A stretch of 64,000 nt of DNA from Rotaria socialis (taxonomy: Eukaryota), in contig CAJNYD010000058.1 in assembly GCA_905331295.1 (NCBI GenBank), positions 1-64,000 on the forward strand. Reading direction: 5' to 3'. Numbering within the stretch: the first letter of the stretch is position 1; each line of letters starts with the position of its first letter. A model generated the notes under the pieces. That model was given only the letters and a program-made list of their open reading frames with translations, searched no databases and was not told the origin of the DNA. Shown piece by piece: positions 40,900-55,713 of this stretch. A program made the translations under genes and the position numbers.

Positions 40900-43800
40900 A
40901 TGCCTTCTATATCATCAACAGCTTCAGGGTAAGTATGATATTGGATTTTTCATAGTGATCTTTCTTTTTTTCTTGTAGACCACTCATGAATATGGATGTT
41001 CAAGCGTTTTTTTCGTATTTAAAAATAAGATTTGATGAAGTTTTTGCTGTATTTGTTTCTCGAGAATTAAAATTTATAACTCCATCTGCATTAACAATAT
41101 TAACAATGAAGGAAATCAATGATCTTAGTCGTGCTGTGTATCCAGATTTAAAAACAAGCAGTACTGACTATTATACTGGTGATCATTCCGATAAAAATGG
41201 CAATCATGAATTAAAACAAAGTATCTTAGGTTTATTGTGTTTACTAAAGAAAGAATTTACAAGTGAAAGTAGCAAAAAACGAAAAGGTAATAAGTCTTGT
41301 GTTAAACTTTTACAAAATATTTGAAAGCGATGTTGTTGGAAATAATCATTCGAAAATTCTAGAAAAAAATAGTTTGCAATGGACCTGGGTTAATATTTGT
41401 TCTTATATTATTGCAATCTGAATATTTACTTTTATCCCTTTCAATTTTACATCAATATCTTCCGACTAAACCTTGTGGAGATGTTATATATATATATAAT
41501 TATATAGACCATAAAATTCTATATTTATTGGCGCGAAATTTTTTCATATTTGGATAGAACTTGACAAGAAAAAAGTTTACAGAAATCTATTTATGCTCAG
41601 AGAAAATATTGAAGACCGTACTCAAATAACTAAATATTTGTTAGTCTTCTCAATTTTTTGGCGATAAGAGTAATCTATCGAGAAAATAAAGTAGGAGACT
41701 TCACTTGATGTATAATGGTCTCTCTGTCGAAAGCATACTTCTAATTTCCGAAAATGAAATGGTTTCTATCTTTATGGACCTACAATTCATTAATGAAATC
41801 GTATACATTTTTTCTCAGTGCAATGCTGAATATTGAAATAGAGATCAATTATTTCAAAATGATCTATTTTCACTTTTAGCTTCTCTTGAAATACTCTCTC
41901 AAATTCGGAACTCAAATCTATAACGTATTTTAAGAAGCCATAACGGCTTAGTTGTAGCTTTTGATCAAGACTTTAGTGATGAGAAATCATCCTGTATTTC
42001 GTTGATTCGTAATGTATTGACTGTTTCTTGTTCGTCACTAGTAGAAATTGGAAGCTAACGTTAAATCAAAACTTGGTATCGAATCAACGAAAGGTTTTGG
42101 CTGCAGCGAGGTGGGACCAGGATTGAGAACTGCTTTCGGTCTCTGTTCTGGATTAAAGTTATCGATGTTGTTCAAGAATATCTTTCGAAAATACTTTTCT
42201 ATTTGACATTATCTGAAAGTCTCAAGCTATATCTGATGAGATCATGTCTTTCTTTGGTTTAAATAACTATCGATAAGAAAAATCTCAAATAGTTTTCAAG
42301 ATAAAAATTTTCGTTATTTTTCTTATTTTAGTTGATTCAACAACAACATCAACTGAAATGACTGATGCTGAGTTTTATGAAAAGCAAACTGCATTGAGTC
42401 CATCAAATGATAAACTACTTGGTAAACGTAAACGACGATTTCGAAAAGTTAGTTTCAAAAATACTTTTGATATACATATTTTCAAAACATTTTGAATTGA
42501 ATCATGAAGCTTCCTTGTAAAAGATAAACTGAAAAGGCCTAGTTTTATACTTTATTTAAGATCTTTGTAAGAAGAATATTTAGAATAAGTGTCGAAGACA
42601 TTCAGGCATCGATAGTCGAGTGATATTTCAGTTGGGTAATTTCGTTAAATGCTATAGAAACTACTCAACTTAGTTTTTTCTGAAATTCTGAGACAATCTA
42701 AATACCTTTTTTTCTATGTAAACAACGAAAATAGTATGATCATTATCGACATCATTTTCAAAAATTTTTAAACCGATTTTCAGCTGACTTTCTCCTTTGA
42801 ATTAAGGAGACTATTTACCTCTCGTTTTCTTAAGGATAATTGTTAAGACATTGCCCCTTTCGTAGAAACTGTTCTTTTGAGCTGAGCTTGACGTATATTC
42901 GTTATATTTCTGAAACTGAGCAGTAGCTTATAGAGATAATTGTCAAAAATCAATTAAAAAGAGCGTAGAAATCCAAAAGTGAAATATTTATCTATTACGT
43001 ACGAGTTCATTTGTGAAAAAATTACAATATTTTTAGGAAAAATCAATCAATCAATTGTCATGTGAGTATTAATCATTTTTTGTCTTTTGCATAATTTTTT
43101 GTTATGCTTGATGTCAAGATAACAATGAATGGTCATTTTCAAGCGATGAACAATATCGACCGCCATCACTTGAACAAATATATCCATCTGAAAAAGTTTC
43201 AGCTGAAGATAGAGCAGATTTTGAATTAGTAACGAGCAGTCGCATTGATTATTTCTGTCAAAAGTATTTATTGTTGACTGATGTTATTGGTATGTATTGA
43301 TCGCTTTTTATTCATATAAGATATTAAGGATTGTCGAATAATGAGCAAGGCATGTTTCAATTTAATTACCCATAATATTTATTTATGGAAACGCTTCTGA
43401 TTCTTCTATATAGTAAACTCACCGAAGCTATTAAACGTTTTCTGTAAACGAAAATAATGAGAGAAAAATTTTGACGAAAAATTTAATGAACGAGCGATTA
43501 TGTAAAAGGGAATTCGGAAGGAATATATTCGATAAAAAATCGAGTGTTTTAGTAACCTCTGACGGGAACCAAAAGTAGTTTTTTTCTTTAAAAAATCAAA
43601 GTTCTTCAAAAGTCATATCGTTGATTTCAGTTTTGAATGTTGATTTAAAAGATCGTGTTAGTATTGCTGATCCTTGAAATAATCTAATTAAACTACGAAA
43701 CAGTAGTAAAAAAAAGAAAGATAGAATCCTACCCCTAGAATATTGTCGTCAGAGTTTTTCTTCTGTAGTCTTATTTCATTCTGAAGTGTTCAGTAGACAG

Positions 43801-44947
43801 TATCATGTCATATGAGAACTAGACTGATGGACCATCAAATTGATAGATAAAGAAAAGCTAGTTATTTGTCAGCAGCTGTTCCATTTAGTATACCTATGAG
43901 AATCGTTAAGTATTTTACCCGACGTAGCGACTCAACAATGCCAATTAATATAGAACTGATTTCTCCAGAAATTCCTATAGTTTGATATGGAATAAGTCAA
44001 CTTTTTCGAGCTTATCAATTTCATTAATAATCAATCACCTCGCCACATTTGGATTTTAATATTCAGTAAAACGTTTTCAGTTTGTGCTTATTTTTTTTCA
44101 CAGAATAATGACAGATCGACCCTTGGAAATTTTTTGAGAGTTTTAATTTCTTTAGAGAGAAGGGATAAAAAGAACGTGTTTACCAGCATTCCTTTGATGC
44201 CAGAGAAATGTGGATAGCCCCTACAGTATAGCTTATGCGATACTTCCGGGTCAAAAAAGATGCTATTCCACTCTGTGTATTTGAAAAGAGTGTTTCAAGA
44301 AAAAGAGCTGTCAAGCTTATCCAGCAGTGTCCTTTCTACCCTGTATATCCAGTCAGACAAGCAACGAAAAAAAAGTGACCTGCGAATTGCACTCGGATTT
44401 AGAAGTTACTTTTTCTGTATTTGAAGTTGACGAATAATTATGTTTTCAAAAATTAAACTCAATTTATTTATTGTCTATTATGCAAGTGGAAATATTTATG
44501 ATGCACGCTTTTTTAAATTTTGAAAACCATTGATGTAATCTACCCTTATAAAAAGACATGTATAAATGGAGTGCCTCAAAGAGTGTAAGAAAGATACGAA
44601 GATATTGTTTACTGTGTCTGTTTTCATCAAGAAGGGTAGAAAGAAAAGAATTTTCTTTTGTTTAGAAATTCGCCGTTTTCAACATTTAGCACAAATTCAA
44701 CTTACCATGCACAACGAACATCTCTATGAATTTTTACGCTTCATACGACGTCGACCAGATTTACTCAGTCAAATACAAAAGACTGCTGAAGAGGTGAAAA
44801 ATGATGAACCTTTTAAAAAACAATTAGTTCTTGCCGGCCATCTTAATATAATAAAAAATACATCAAATTTTGTAAGTTTTAGTCTTCTATTGAATTTAAT
44901 AATGATTCAGTTTTCTTTTTAGGTCAATCTAGGTTATGAGCATAAAT
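40900..44947 (+). CDS. Spliced orphan gene of unknown function (about 5 exons)
   Basis: Exon chain with GT-AG sites: MPSISSTAS / PLMNMDVQAFF...SSKKRK (to ~41286) / DSTTTSTEMTDAEFYEKQ... (~42332-42450) / IRRFQHLAQIQL...NTSNF (~44666-44871) / VNLGYEHK* (44923-44947). The exon 3-4 junction is uncertain. Confidence 0.6.
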
Positions 44948-45967
44948 AAAATAATGATTTTTTTTTATGCTACACATTTTTATCCTACACTTTTTATCAT
45001 TATAAATAAAATCAACTGATCTTACACACAAAAGTTTTCTGAAACGAAATAAATTAGCTTTGATTTTTCAGTCGAACTTATTAGCATACGATAAGATTTT
45101 AAAATTTGCAATGTCTTCTCTTGAATAATCGCCTACTTATTCAAAACTTCGTTCAATGCAGAAAAAATTCACATACATATTATTTAATAAATAGGACAAG
45201 ACATTAATTTGCTTCATTTTCTAAATATGTGGAAATCAACAAGATATTTAGCTGAATGAGCAAATAAAAACAAGAGATATTACATTTTATTTTAAATAAT
45301 AATCTTTTAACTATGTGGATAGATCCTCAAGCATTTTGAACTTTATAATCACATAAACCCTTTTTGCAAATATTCATTTAAGTTCATGCTAAAAATTATT
45401 CGTTTTTTGGGGAAACCGACCCAAAAAACGGTACACAGTAGATTTAGAAACCCTGTTCGGTTGGTTACCAAAAATACGAATATTTTTTTTTATTGTGTTA
45501 AATGTGTTCGATCGATGGAATTCAAATTATTTTACACATTTCAATTGACTTTAAACAAAACAATCGTCTATTGTGCCTATTTCTCTATAATTGAACTTTT
45601 CATAATAGATAGATAAAATATGGTCATATAATTTCATACAATGGAGATGATTAAAAATGTATCATTCCAAAAGAAAAAAACTTACAAAGAAATTTTGTTT
45701 TTATTACAATTTAGATATTTACTCAGATATAGAAATGTTAGAAAAGACAATCTTATATTTTAGCCAATACTGGAAATTATAGTTAAATAAAATAATGGAA
45801 ATCAAGAAACATGAGCATCGCGATTATAGCCTCTCTCGTAATGCCTTCTTTTTATTTTCATATAAAATAATCTTTCATCATTAAATAAAGTTCATTTTTA
45901 ACAAAAGAAAAAAAAGTTTCACATAAAAACAAAACAACAAAAAAAATATATATAAACATTCGGCTCC

Positions 45968-48655
45968 TTATATTTTATGTAATCTCAGTAATAAACGTCG
46001 AAGATGAAAACATAACTGTTTTTGCTCTTGTTCGTAAGCATATTTTGATATAATTAAAGTTTGTTCACGACCTGTACATGGCTCATGTTTATATTCAATG
46101 GATAACATTGGAAATTTACTTAATGTATGACGAAGACAATGATCAGGAATTAATGTTGATGATAAATCAAATATTAATGTTGAACTTTTTGAATCACCTA
46201 AAAACATTTGTAATCGACTGCATAATGTACATGAACACATTAATAATGCTTCATTCATTGAAATCATAGTTAAAGATGATGATGACGAAGAGGATGATAT
46301 TGGCGAACAATAATAGTTAAGAGTATTTAAACAATATTCATAAATCAGAAAAAATGCAGGTGACATTACATTTTTAGGGTCATTCTTATTTGCTTTCTCT
46401 TGTTTGTCACGATAAATATTAATAAGCATTGGTACTAAATGAATTTTAAAGCATTTCTGAATAATTTCATGTTCAGATGTAGTTTTTCGAACACGTTTTA
46501 TTATACTATAAGCAAGAATTGATAATGCATCGTCTGAATATGATTGATCAATAGTTAATAGATGAAAAATAGAACAAAGTGTTGATAATAGAATGTGTCT
46601 TGAAAACTCATGCGGTTTAAATATGAATCGAATTAATGCATTGATCAATAAGGCACGTAATGTTTTATTTGTAAATTGTATCAAAAATTGAATAATTTCA
46701 TTGAGCTTTGTTGGCATTGATGAAATAATTACTTTACGAAATAAATCTAAAAATTCTTTTGAAAACATTGGCCAATCATAAAATCTTTCAGCTAAACGAC
46801 TTAACCAAAAATGAAGATTATTGTTTGAGAATAATTCATCTTTAAATTGTTTATTTTGAAAAAGTGTTTTGATTGATGGAATCATTTTTGGCATTAAACC
46901 AAAACGATGGCGAAGAAGAATAAGATAACGAATGATTTGATCGAATGAATATTTCTTTGTTGTTTTATCATGAAGAATACAATCAAATAAATTTAAACAT
47001 AAATTATCTAGTGTATTTATCGGTAAAGAGAGCATATAAGATAGATGATGATATGCAAATGAATGATCATCAAGTAATAAGTCCCATTGGCGTTGGTAAG
47101 GAATTACAACAAGAACATGATATTTTGTATTATTACGAAATATTGAATTGTCTAAGAAGATTACTGTTAAATTTTCCTTTTTTTTCTAGTTATTGAAACT
47201 AACTCACCTGTATTTAGGCCATGCTGTTTACCACCATTATGTTCAAAGGCATAAACATATGTATGAAGTTCACCAAGAAATTCATTGGGAATGACTGTAC
47301 GTTCATGTTGTGAAGTCAAATCGAGAGTTATTTTATTGGTCTTGCTTAATAATTTGATATCACGAATGAGAAATCTTGAATCGACCGCATTCACGGATGA
47401 TCGATCATATTGAAAAATAGCTGAACAAATTAAAAATGAAGATAAATATTTCATTGCTGCCATAATCAATTCAAGTATTATTCGATATTTATCACGAAAT
47501 AGAATCGAGAAATACGGAGAATAATCCAATGGATGTTGAAGAGGTATTAGAAGTTTATTAGGCATTTTATCAAGATTTTTTTCCCAATAATTAAATATCC
47601 GTTTGATACGTTGCGTTAGAAAAACATGTTCGATATTCATAGACTCATAATTTACATTCGATAGAAGTGAATAGAATTGATGAATTGAACTATATATAAT
47701 AATAAACACAATAAAAAAAGAGGAGGTATAGTTTATTTTACTTTGTTTTTGAAACAAGATGATAAACAAGTAGAAGTTGAAATCCTTTTTCGATGGGTTC
47801 AATTTCATGTTGACAATCAGATGGTACAACAAGAACGGAAGGTTTGGAATTCACTGATTCGTGTTGATTAAAAACATGTCGGTAAATGCGCTTTTCATCA
47901 TTATCATCCTCCTCATCGTCATTATCATCTATAAATCGATAATTACCGCCTGTATAATTTGAAGGTAGAAAAACAAGTACAGTAGCATGATAAATAAAGA
48001 GTTTATCATCAAAATGATAAATTTTTGTATGCGAACATGGACCAAACATGATAAGTTTGTGTAGATTTAAATCGAAATGTGTTTTTATGTCTGATGTATT
48101 TAAATGAAGTTGTTCGAATGTACTTGCTCGAATAGCAGCCGAAAAAGAAAGAGGAAAATCGATTGAACTGTAATCTATTTGCCATGCTGTATTAAGAATC
48201 TAGACGAAACGAATAGTTCAGAATCAATCGAATTTACATAGTTGTACTTTCGTTACCTTTGTTCCACAAAAATCATACTTATTTGACAGAGGTAATGGTA
48301 CACCATGTTCACAAATAATACGAGAACATAGAGCATTCGATAATGGAAATGTAAAAGGTGCATCTCCAAGTTGTTTTATTCGAATTTGATAGGGAACATC
48401 AAAAAGAAGTGATCTTGCACCGTCGTCTAATTTATTTTCTTGTAAATCATTTATTGTTTCTTGAAAGTTGTATCGCCAATTATGCTCATTTATTTCACGG
48501 TCTAGAATCAATCAGCAACTGTATGAATGAGAAGAATTTTTATTTGACTAACCTGATGTTTCACTTTCTTGGTCACTATAGATCCAAGTATCGGTATCGG
48601 ATGATGATATATCTTCGTCGTCAGTAATTTCCATCGGAGTGACGATTGTAGTCAT
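45968..48655 (-). CDS. Large divergent 2OG-Fe(II) oxygenase-domain protein (5 exons) with a C-terminal CxCxxC motif
   Basis: LHKLIMFGPCSHTKIYHFDD...ATVLVFLPSNYTGG...DCQHEIEPIEKGFQLLLVYHL matches the LYKLLLY..G.HF..H.D...TLV..LPS.H.GG...D..HEV.PV.SGYR..L.YNL pattern. C-terminal CSCTLCSRLQMFL. The in-frame GT-AG splicing was traced by hand. Confidence 0.75.
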
Positions 48656-50711
48656 AGTAAGATATTATAGTTATGAGATTTCTTACGAGATCTAAAGGAA
48701 CCAGTTGATTAGATGAACAAATGCTCGCGTGGAAATATATATAGATCGAACACCAATAGTAATGAACGACTTTCGTGTGAGTTAAGAATATAGCGACCTC
48801 TAATTTGAGCGAAAATACGTAACAATACCCGATAAAAAAAACAGAGATAGATAGATTTTTAGAATGCGAAATAATCTATTTTATAAACCAATAGACATAA
48901 ATGTCTAAATTACAAACAGTGATACTCTTCTTATTTCTTGAGTTTACAAGAAGAAGAGTCTCGTCACTGATTAATTACGATTGAGTCGGGACTACATGCA
49001 GTTTGTCAGTTCTAATAAATAATAAATATCTTGAAAATGTTTCACTTCAGTGGAGATGTTAGATTTTTATTTTATTTTATTTTTCTATAGAAATTTCATT
49101 CAATGAATCAATAGTAGTTGCTAAATAATTGTATATCACCAATGAATGACAGTATACATTCGATGATAAGGCATGAAGGAATAGACTGAAAATTTGTATC
49201 CAGCTGATGATGACACACATCAATGGTTCTCGTTTCATGTAGAATATCAAGAAGGAAATTCGGTTCATGTATAAAGAAAACGGAAAATGTAACAAGATTG
49301 CTATCATATCAATTGACTGTTTGTGCGGCGTGCATTTTTTTATTGAAGTTTTGTAATTTTCAAGCGACCCTAACTTAGAATTAGGACGGCACTTTTGTTT
49401 CGAAAAAGCGGATTATATCAAAAGAAAGCGATTTCATCAATTCTGAAAATATATGAATTCTAATGTATTAGCACAATCCTTTCTTTGTATCTTAAACTGT
49501 AATTGAAACATACTAGTAAATTCATACTTTCTTGTTCAATGAAACTGACTTGTTTTACTATTTATATATTACACGATAGCGTTTACATGGGACAAATTTC
49601 CACCACACTGGCATTGACATAAGAAAGTCGCTGCTACAAAAAGAAAGAAAAGCGCAATAATATTTGTGCGATTAATTGAAGACTATGCTCCATCATAGTA
49701 AAACTAGTACCAAAGTTCATCAATAATTATTAGAATCCTTATCAACGTATCATGGTTTATCGACTGTATGGTTTATGTGAATTTTATTTTATCAATGATT
49801 TTAATATTCACCATAATTCACCGAAGATATATGTTTTCGGGAAGAGGAAGAGCAAAGATACTTAATTTTTTAAAATTATCTGTAGTTTTGTAAATATCGA
49901 ATTTTTTCTCAATAAATTATTTTGCTAATAAAAAAGCTTCTATTCTAAATAAAATTTCGTAGAAGGTTGCCAGATCACAAATCCTATCAAGTTAGAGAAA
50001 GAAATATGAACATGACTATGTCCTATATACTGTGATGCAAATATTGATATTTTTCAAGTGCATGAAATGTAAATTATCGATATTTTCATAATAAATGACT
50101 ACTAAATCAATAACAGAATTTTATTCCGTAGAAAATCTATTGTAAGAAGGACAGCCTTTGAAAAATTGCCCCAGAGTAAATAGTCAAACTGTATAATATC
50201 TAAAAATAACCTATCTCTAATAGTAAACATCTGATTTTTCAATCGAAGGTGATGTCCAGAAAAACAAACTCAACGATATTTTCATCTAAGAATAAGCATA
50301 AATTAAAGCAATATCTTCTTTTATGAGAGATACAATACATTGGTAAATATGTTATGTGATTTGTTGTACTCAATACTTTTCTTTTCCTCAATTATGAAGA
50401 TACCCTACCAACTAATATCTATTAAGAGACTTGTATATGTCCAGCATTGGCAATTATTATACGAAAAATAGTTATGTATAAGATCATCATTTCTGTTTCA
50501 ATATTATCCAGCACAAGTGTTAAGAAATCAAATAAATAAGTCTTTTAATTGAAAAAGTAGAGTCGAAATTTGAGCTCCTCTGCTACTTCAAATCAGCGAT
50601 AGTCCTGAATCTACATTGTTGTGTGCCGATTATCAAACAAACAACACAGTGATATTTGACCGTTTCAATACAATCATCACTAATATAATTTTCCGCCCCC
50701 CCCCCCTCCCT

Positions 50712-50984
50712 GTGAATGACGTAATTTCGACCTGAAATTCTTCCCATATATAGGTTTCATGGTCCATAGAAGATCCTAAAAGTTTCAACTCGAACAAATG
50801 TTTTTTTCTTATAATATTGATTTTTCAAAAAAAATGGATTTTCTGGTCGTGCCGTGAAATGAACATTTCTGGCGCATTCATTATCTTGAGATAGAAACAT
50901 CCGTTTGCGCTGAAAATGTTAGAATATTCTAAGGATCATGGGACTTACATATGAAAAAATTCAGATGGAAATTTCGTCATTCAC
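50712..50984. mobile_element. Degenerate foldback MITE with ~90-bp inverted arms
   Basis: gtgaatgacgtaatttcgacctgaaattcttcccatatatagg... pairs with ...acttacatatgaaaaaattcagatggaaatttcgtcattcac. Confidence 0.75.
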
Positions 50985-51597
50985 GTTTTGGATTTTGGCA
51001 TTTTCAAAATCTAAGACCGCCTTTTCCCCCTTGGAGAATTTACTTTCGTCGATGATTGCACTTTTGATTGAGAATACATTCTAAAATGGACTAACTGAAT
51101 CGGATATCTTTCATGCTTTTTTTCATCTTTCAGCAATTTCAAATGTTTACATGATCAAAAGTTTTTTGTCATAATTTATTATAGTTTTAGCACAATCAGA
51201 TTTTGTGATTGGTGTACTACTTCGATGATTGTGTTGTAAGGGTTTTGTCTTTTGAATTCGAATGCTTTGCCACTAGAAAATAAATAGTAAGATTGTTTCT
51301 TATCTTATTTTCATATTGACATTCAATATCAACTTAGGATATTGTTGATTATCCTATGATTACTTATATATTTTAGATCTGTAATTTTTATAGAATTACG
51401 AGACACAAAAAGAGCACAAAAAGAAAAGAAAGTGCATGAATACACACTTGTACAGGAAGGAAAAACAAACAAACAAGAGATCTATGACGTTATTCATACA
51501 ACATCAACGAAATATGAGAAAAAATTACAAGCACATCAACAAGATGACTATTATACGCGTTTTATTTTATTCATTTCAAATATTTTATAACCTGAAG

Positions 51598-54500
51598 TTA
51601 CATTTCACTTGGTGCATCAAGATCTTCATAACTTCTCAACGGTCGATTGTTTCTAAAAAAAAAACATGAAGTAGACGATAGTACGGAAACAAAAGTTAAA
51701 ACATGAAAAAAAGAAATGTTTGTTACTATTCACAGTATATCTAGTTATTTGGAATGAAATAGTTCTATACATGTGTGTTTTATCGTGTGTTAAAATCAAG
51801 AAAAATTCAACAACTTACGGTGGCCGATGCATCGAACCACCCAAACCTTGATACATGAATGGTGGTCTATGATGGCGAGCTTGATGAAATTGATTTGGAT
51901 AATAACCAGGTGAACCCGAATGAGGAGGTGCCGACACTATAAATCAAAAAGAAAAGAATTTTGTCATCAGGTTATACATTCGAGTAGCATACTAGTAGGC
52001 CATAGAGGTGCACGTGCAAGTAATGGTTGAACCGTCATTGGTGTTGGTAATGGTAAACCAGATGGATGTGGTGTAGCTGCTGTTGCTCCAGGTCGATTTG
52101 ATGAATGTTCAGGTAATTGTGGTCGTTTCGGATCATATAAGTAATTATTAAAATAGATCATCTAAATAGGAGAATGCATGATGTACTGTGTGAAAAACAT
52201 TTCGTAGCGTAACTTTTAGAAAACTTACTTCTTTTTTAACTTCGTCAATTTTATCATGATGTTTATTTAAGATGTGTTTACGCACGAATTCTGGACCTTT
52301 GAATTTCTTTCCACTTAGTGGACATGACCATTTATCTTTACTAACTTCCTGGCAATTTGCATCCATAAATTTTTCTATTTCATTTTCTTCATTTTTTGCA
52401 CCTAATTTTAAAGCTTCATCATCGTCTATTTTTTCATGAGAATCCATAAATACTTTTAGGCGACTTTCAAATTGTTGCATAAAATTTGTTAATTCTTTTT
52501 GTATTATTGTCGATAATAAACCACCACGTACATGTATAACACCACAACGATTAGGCATTGAATCTTCTTGTGTATATTCGGCACAATTGTAATAATCGAC
52601 AGAATGAACAACACGTAGATATAAAATTAAACGATCCAATACCTTAAAATATTTGGAAATATAGAAAAAAGAAAATGGCATTAATTAGCTTAATGAATTA
52701 CTTTAGTTAATTCTTTGTCAATTTCAAATGCATTTGAATTATTTTCCATAGTTGTTGATGCATCACCAAGTAATTCTTCTTCTTCTGCATCACCTTCTTC
52801 AACAAGATATTCAGTTATATTTTTTAATAATGGATTATAACTAATAAAACCCATAGGATTTTTATTTTGTATTGATGATGTATTCATTGTTGAAGATGAA
52901 ATTTCTGAATCATCACTTATTGTAACCTTTTTTTCGTTATGATCATTTTCATTAGATTCCCAAATATTCCATTGTGTATCTAATTGCTTAATGATTTTTG
53001 TTATAAGTCGAAGATCATTACGTACAATAGTTTTATGATGTGCAATACCACTTATTGTACGAACACGATTTTTCAATTCACGATTTACTATAGCACCCAC
53101 GTCAGTATCATGTAGCTGATAGAAATGAAACAGAATGATGAGCTTTTTTTTCGTTCTATTATCAATAAGTAAAATTTACTTTAGTAAGATTAAGTTCATA
53201 ACAAATATTTCGAATTTGAACTGAATGATCGAATGTAGCCCAACCACGACGAAAAAATTTTCTTTCCGGTGCTGGATCAGTGATGCACGCACGACGAAAA
53301 CCTGCATATTGTTTACACATCTATATGAATACGAAATTCAAGTTTGTTTTTTAACTAAACATATTTAGGGCAAAGAAAAAAAGATTCTTTTTCTTACATT
53401 TTCAAGATCATCGTTTGTTGTCTGCATAGTTAAATGACGAAAAAATATAGACGTTGTGCGATGTAATAATCGTGATGTGTCAGGTACTTCACCGGCTTCA
53501 TGCATAGTATCTTGTGAAGATGATTTAATTTCATTTGTATCTTTTGATTCAGCTAAAAAACGAATTATATAAAAATCGATAAAATAATTTACTAGTCGAT
53601 AAACCATGCTCACCATTAGATATTGTTTCATCGTCAGACTTACTGTCTTCACGTTTTCTCTAAAAATTTCAGATAAAAACAAAAATGTTTTGTTTGAAAA
53701 GAATTTATTTCTGTTACTTTATTATCAGATCTTTTTTTCGAATCATTTTCATTATCGTTTTTCTCCGATGATTGTTTGGCTGCATTTTCATCATGTGATG
53801 ATGTCACAATATCAAGCAGACGAAGATCTTGATCACTTCCACCTTCCATTTTGATGACAGCTGTATATTGTAGAAAAATAAAATGTCAAAAAGATCACGT
53901 TAAATACCTATACGTGAATTTAATCAACAAGTAAAAGGGGTAGTACTGAACTTTACACTCGAGTCAAATGATGATTCATTTTCACTCGCTGATCAGACTC
54001 TTCGCAGTTGAAAATTGTTGAAAGACGTATTACGCTATTTTTAAAAATGTTTCATGATTCAATACCGTGCAGAAAGCTTCAAAATAGAATATTTATTTGA
54101 TATATTTATCTTTTGTTCTCATTGTGTATGAAATTAGATTACATGGAATTTTTTCTACTTTAAAAACGAAAGATAAATATGTTAGAAAGATTTTTTTATT
54201 AAATTAGGCTTATTCGTTTATGAAAACATGATACCCATAACGGAACTAGTCATTCTACTCTATCAAGTACTAATGATAAAGCTTATTATCGTATCGTTGA
54301 AAAAAATGATGAAATCATCTTCATTATATCATTGTTATGTTTCATATAAAATAAATATATCATACCAGTATCAAGAAATTTGATAAGTGCTTGTTGATTA
54401 TCAATATCAACACTAACATTATTCAGATAACCTTTATTATAGAGATCCATAAATATGTCCAAGCGTTTTTGAATTATTTGTTTTTGTTCCTGATGTCGTT

Positions 54501-55390
54501 TTGGATGTTCATCAGGATGATATTTATATTTGAACCTGAATAAAAGTACAAGTATGAATAAAAAGAAGTATTTCAATACGAAATAATTTGGCGAACCATT
54601 CTTCATTTTTATGTGCTGTAAAAAATTCGGCTATTTGAGTTTTTTTGAAATCTGTTTTATAGACATTATAACGTTTCACAGCTTCTTCTTGTTCGATATT
54701 ATCGTCTTGATCTAACAAGAAATTTTTGAAACTGAGTAATGGTGGCTGTGTTCCACTATCAGATGATTCTCTAAAATGAAAAAAAAGAGAACATCATATT
54801 TTAGCAAAAGTTTACAAATATAAAAAAATCTTACTTATTTAACTGCTCAGCATTTGAAGGAATATTTGATGATGTATTCGATGGGAAACCTCCGCCACTA
54901 TGAAGATATGGCGAACCGATATTTGAATCAAAACGAGATGATGATGACTGATCAGAAGTATCCCTGTGATATAGAAAAAAAGGTAACTTTATTAATAGAA
55001 GCGTTTCAACAAAGTAGTTTTTACCAATCGCGTCGCAGGCGTTTATTCTGTGGTGGACTCATATCATATCTAGCAGGACTTCGATTGTATCTTGGCGGAA
55101 AATCACGTCCTTGTGGTGGACCACTGGAATACTGTCCTCGAAATCGATTGGATCGATCTCTAAAAAAATCAAACATAAAATGGAATAGTCCATTAGTTTT
55201 CTTATTGAACAATACTATTCGTGATAAAATTTCATTCATCGAACCGAAGCTGTGTCTCTTCTTACCTTCCATCATTCCATTCTCCACTACCACGATTATT
55301 ATGTCCACGACTTCCACTAAAATCATCACGTTCACGACGAAATTTATCACGATTTCGTCGACTATCAAAATCATCGTCACTATCCCCCAT
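51598..55390 (-). CDS. SRRT: Serrate RNA effector molecule homolog (ARS2), multi-exon
   Basis: [83 protein letters not shown]-terminal YEDLDAP. Confidence 0.97.
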
Positions 55391-55713
55391 TGTAATCTAG
55401 AAGAATCTTTAATATCTGTTTCTGTAAAAAAAATAGAGAAATCATCGTTTATATTCATTGTTTTGGTTCAATTTCTCTTCCAATCAAATACGTCCAATAT
55501 CTGGCGACCTCTTCTCATATCTCCATTTCTTGCGATTATTTATTTATTATTGAATCAGAATATCCAATAATATTTTATATAATCAGTTAGTCATTATTGG
55601 TTGGAAATTTCAATCCTCAATCATCGACATCAAAATATATAACTACAGGTTCACAATCTAATAAACTGATTTACACGATATTTTCTCAACAATAAAAAAC
55701 TATTATTTAATTG

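Noticed and set aside
49650..50350. Possible decayed transposase or other coding remnant
   Set aside because: Many stops in all frames and no motif I can identify.
54854..55570. 238-aa plus-strand ORF
   Set aside because: It is antisense to SRRT exons and introns; a shadow ORF with no recognisable motif.
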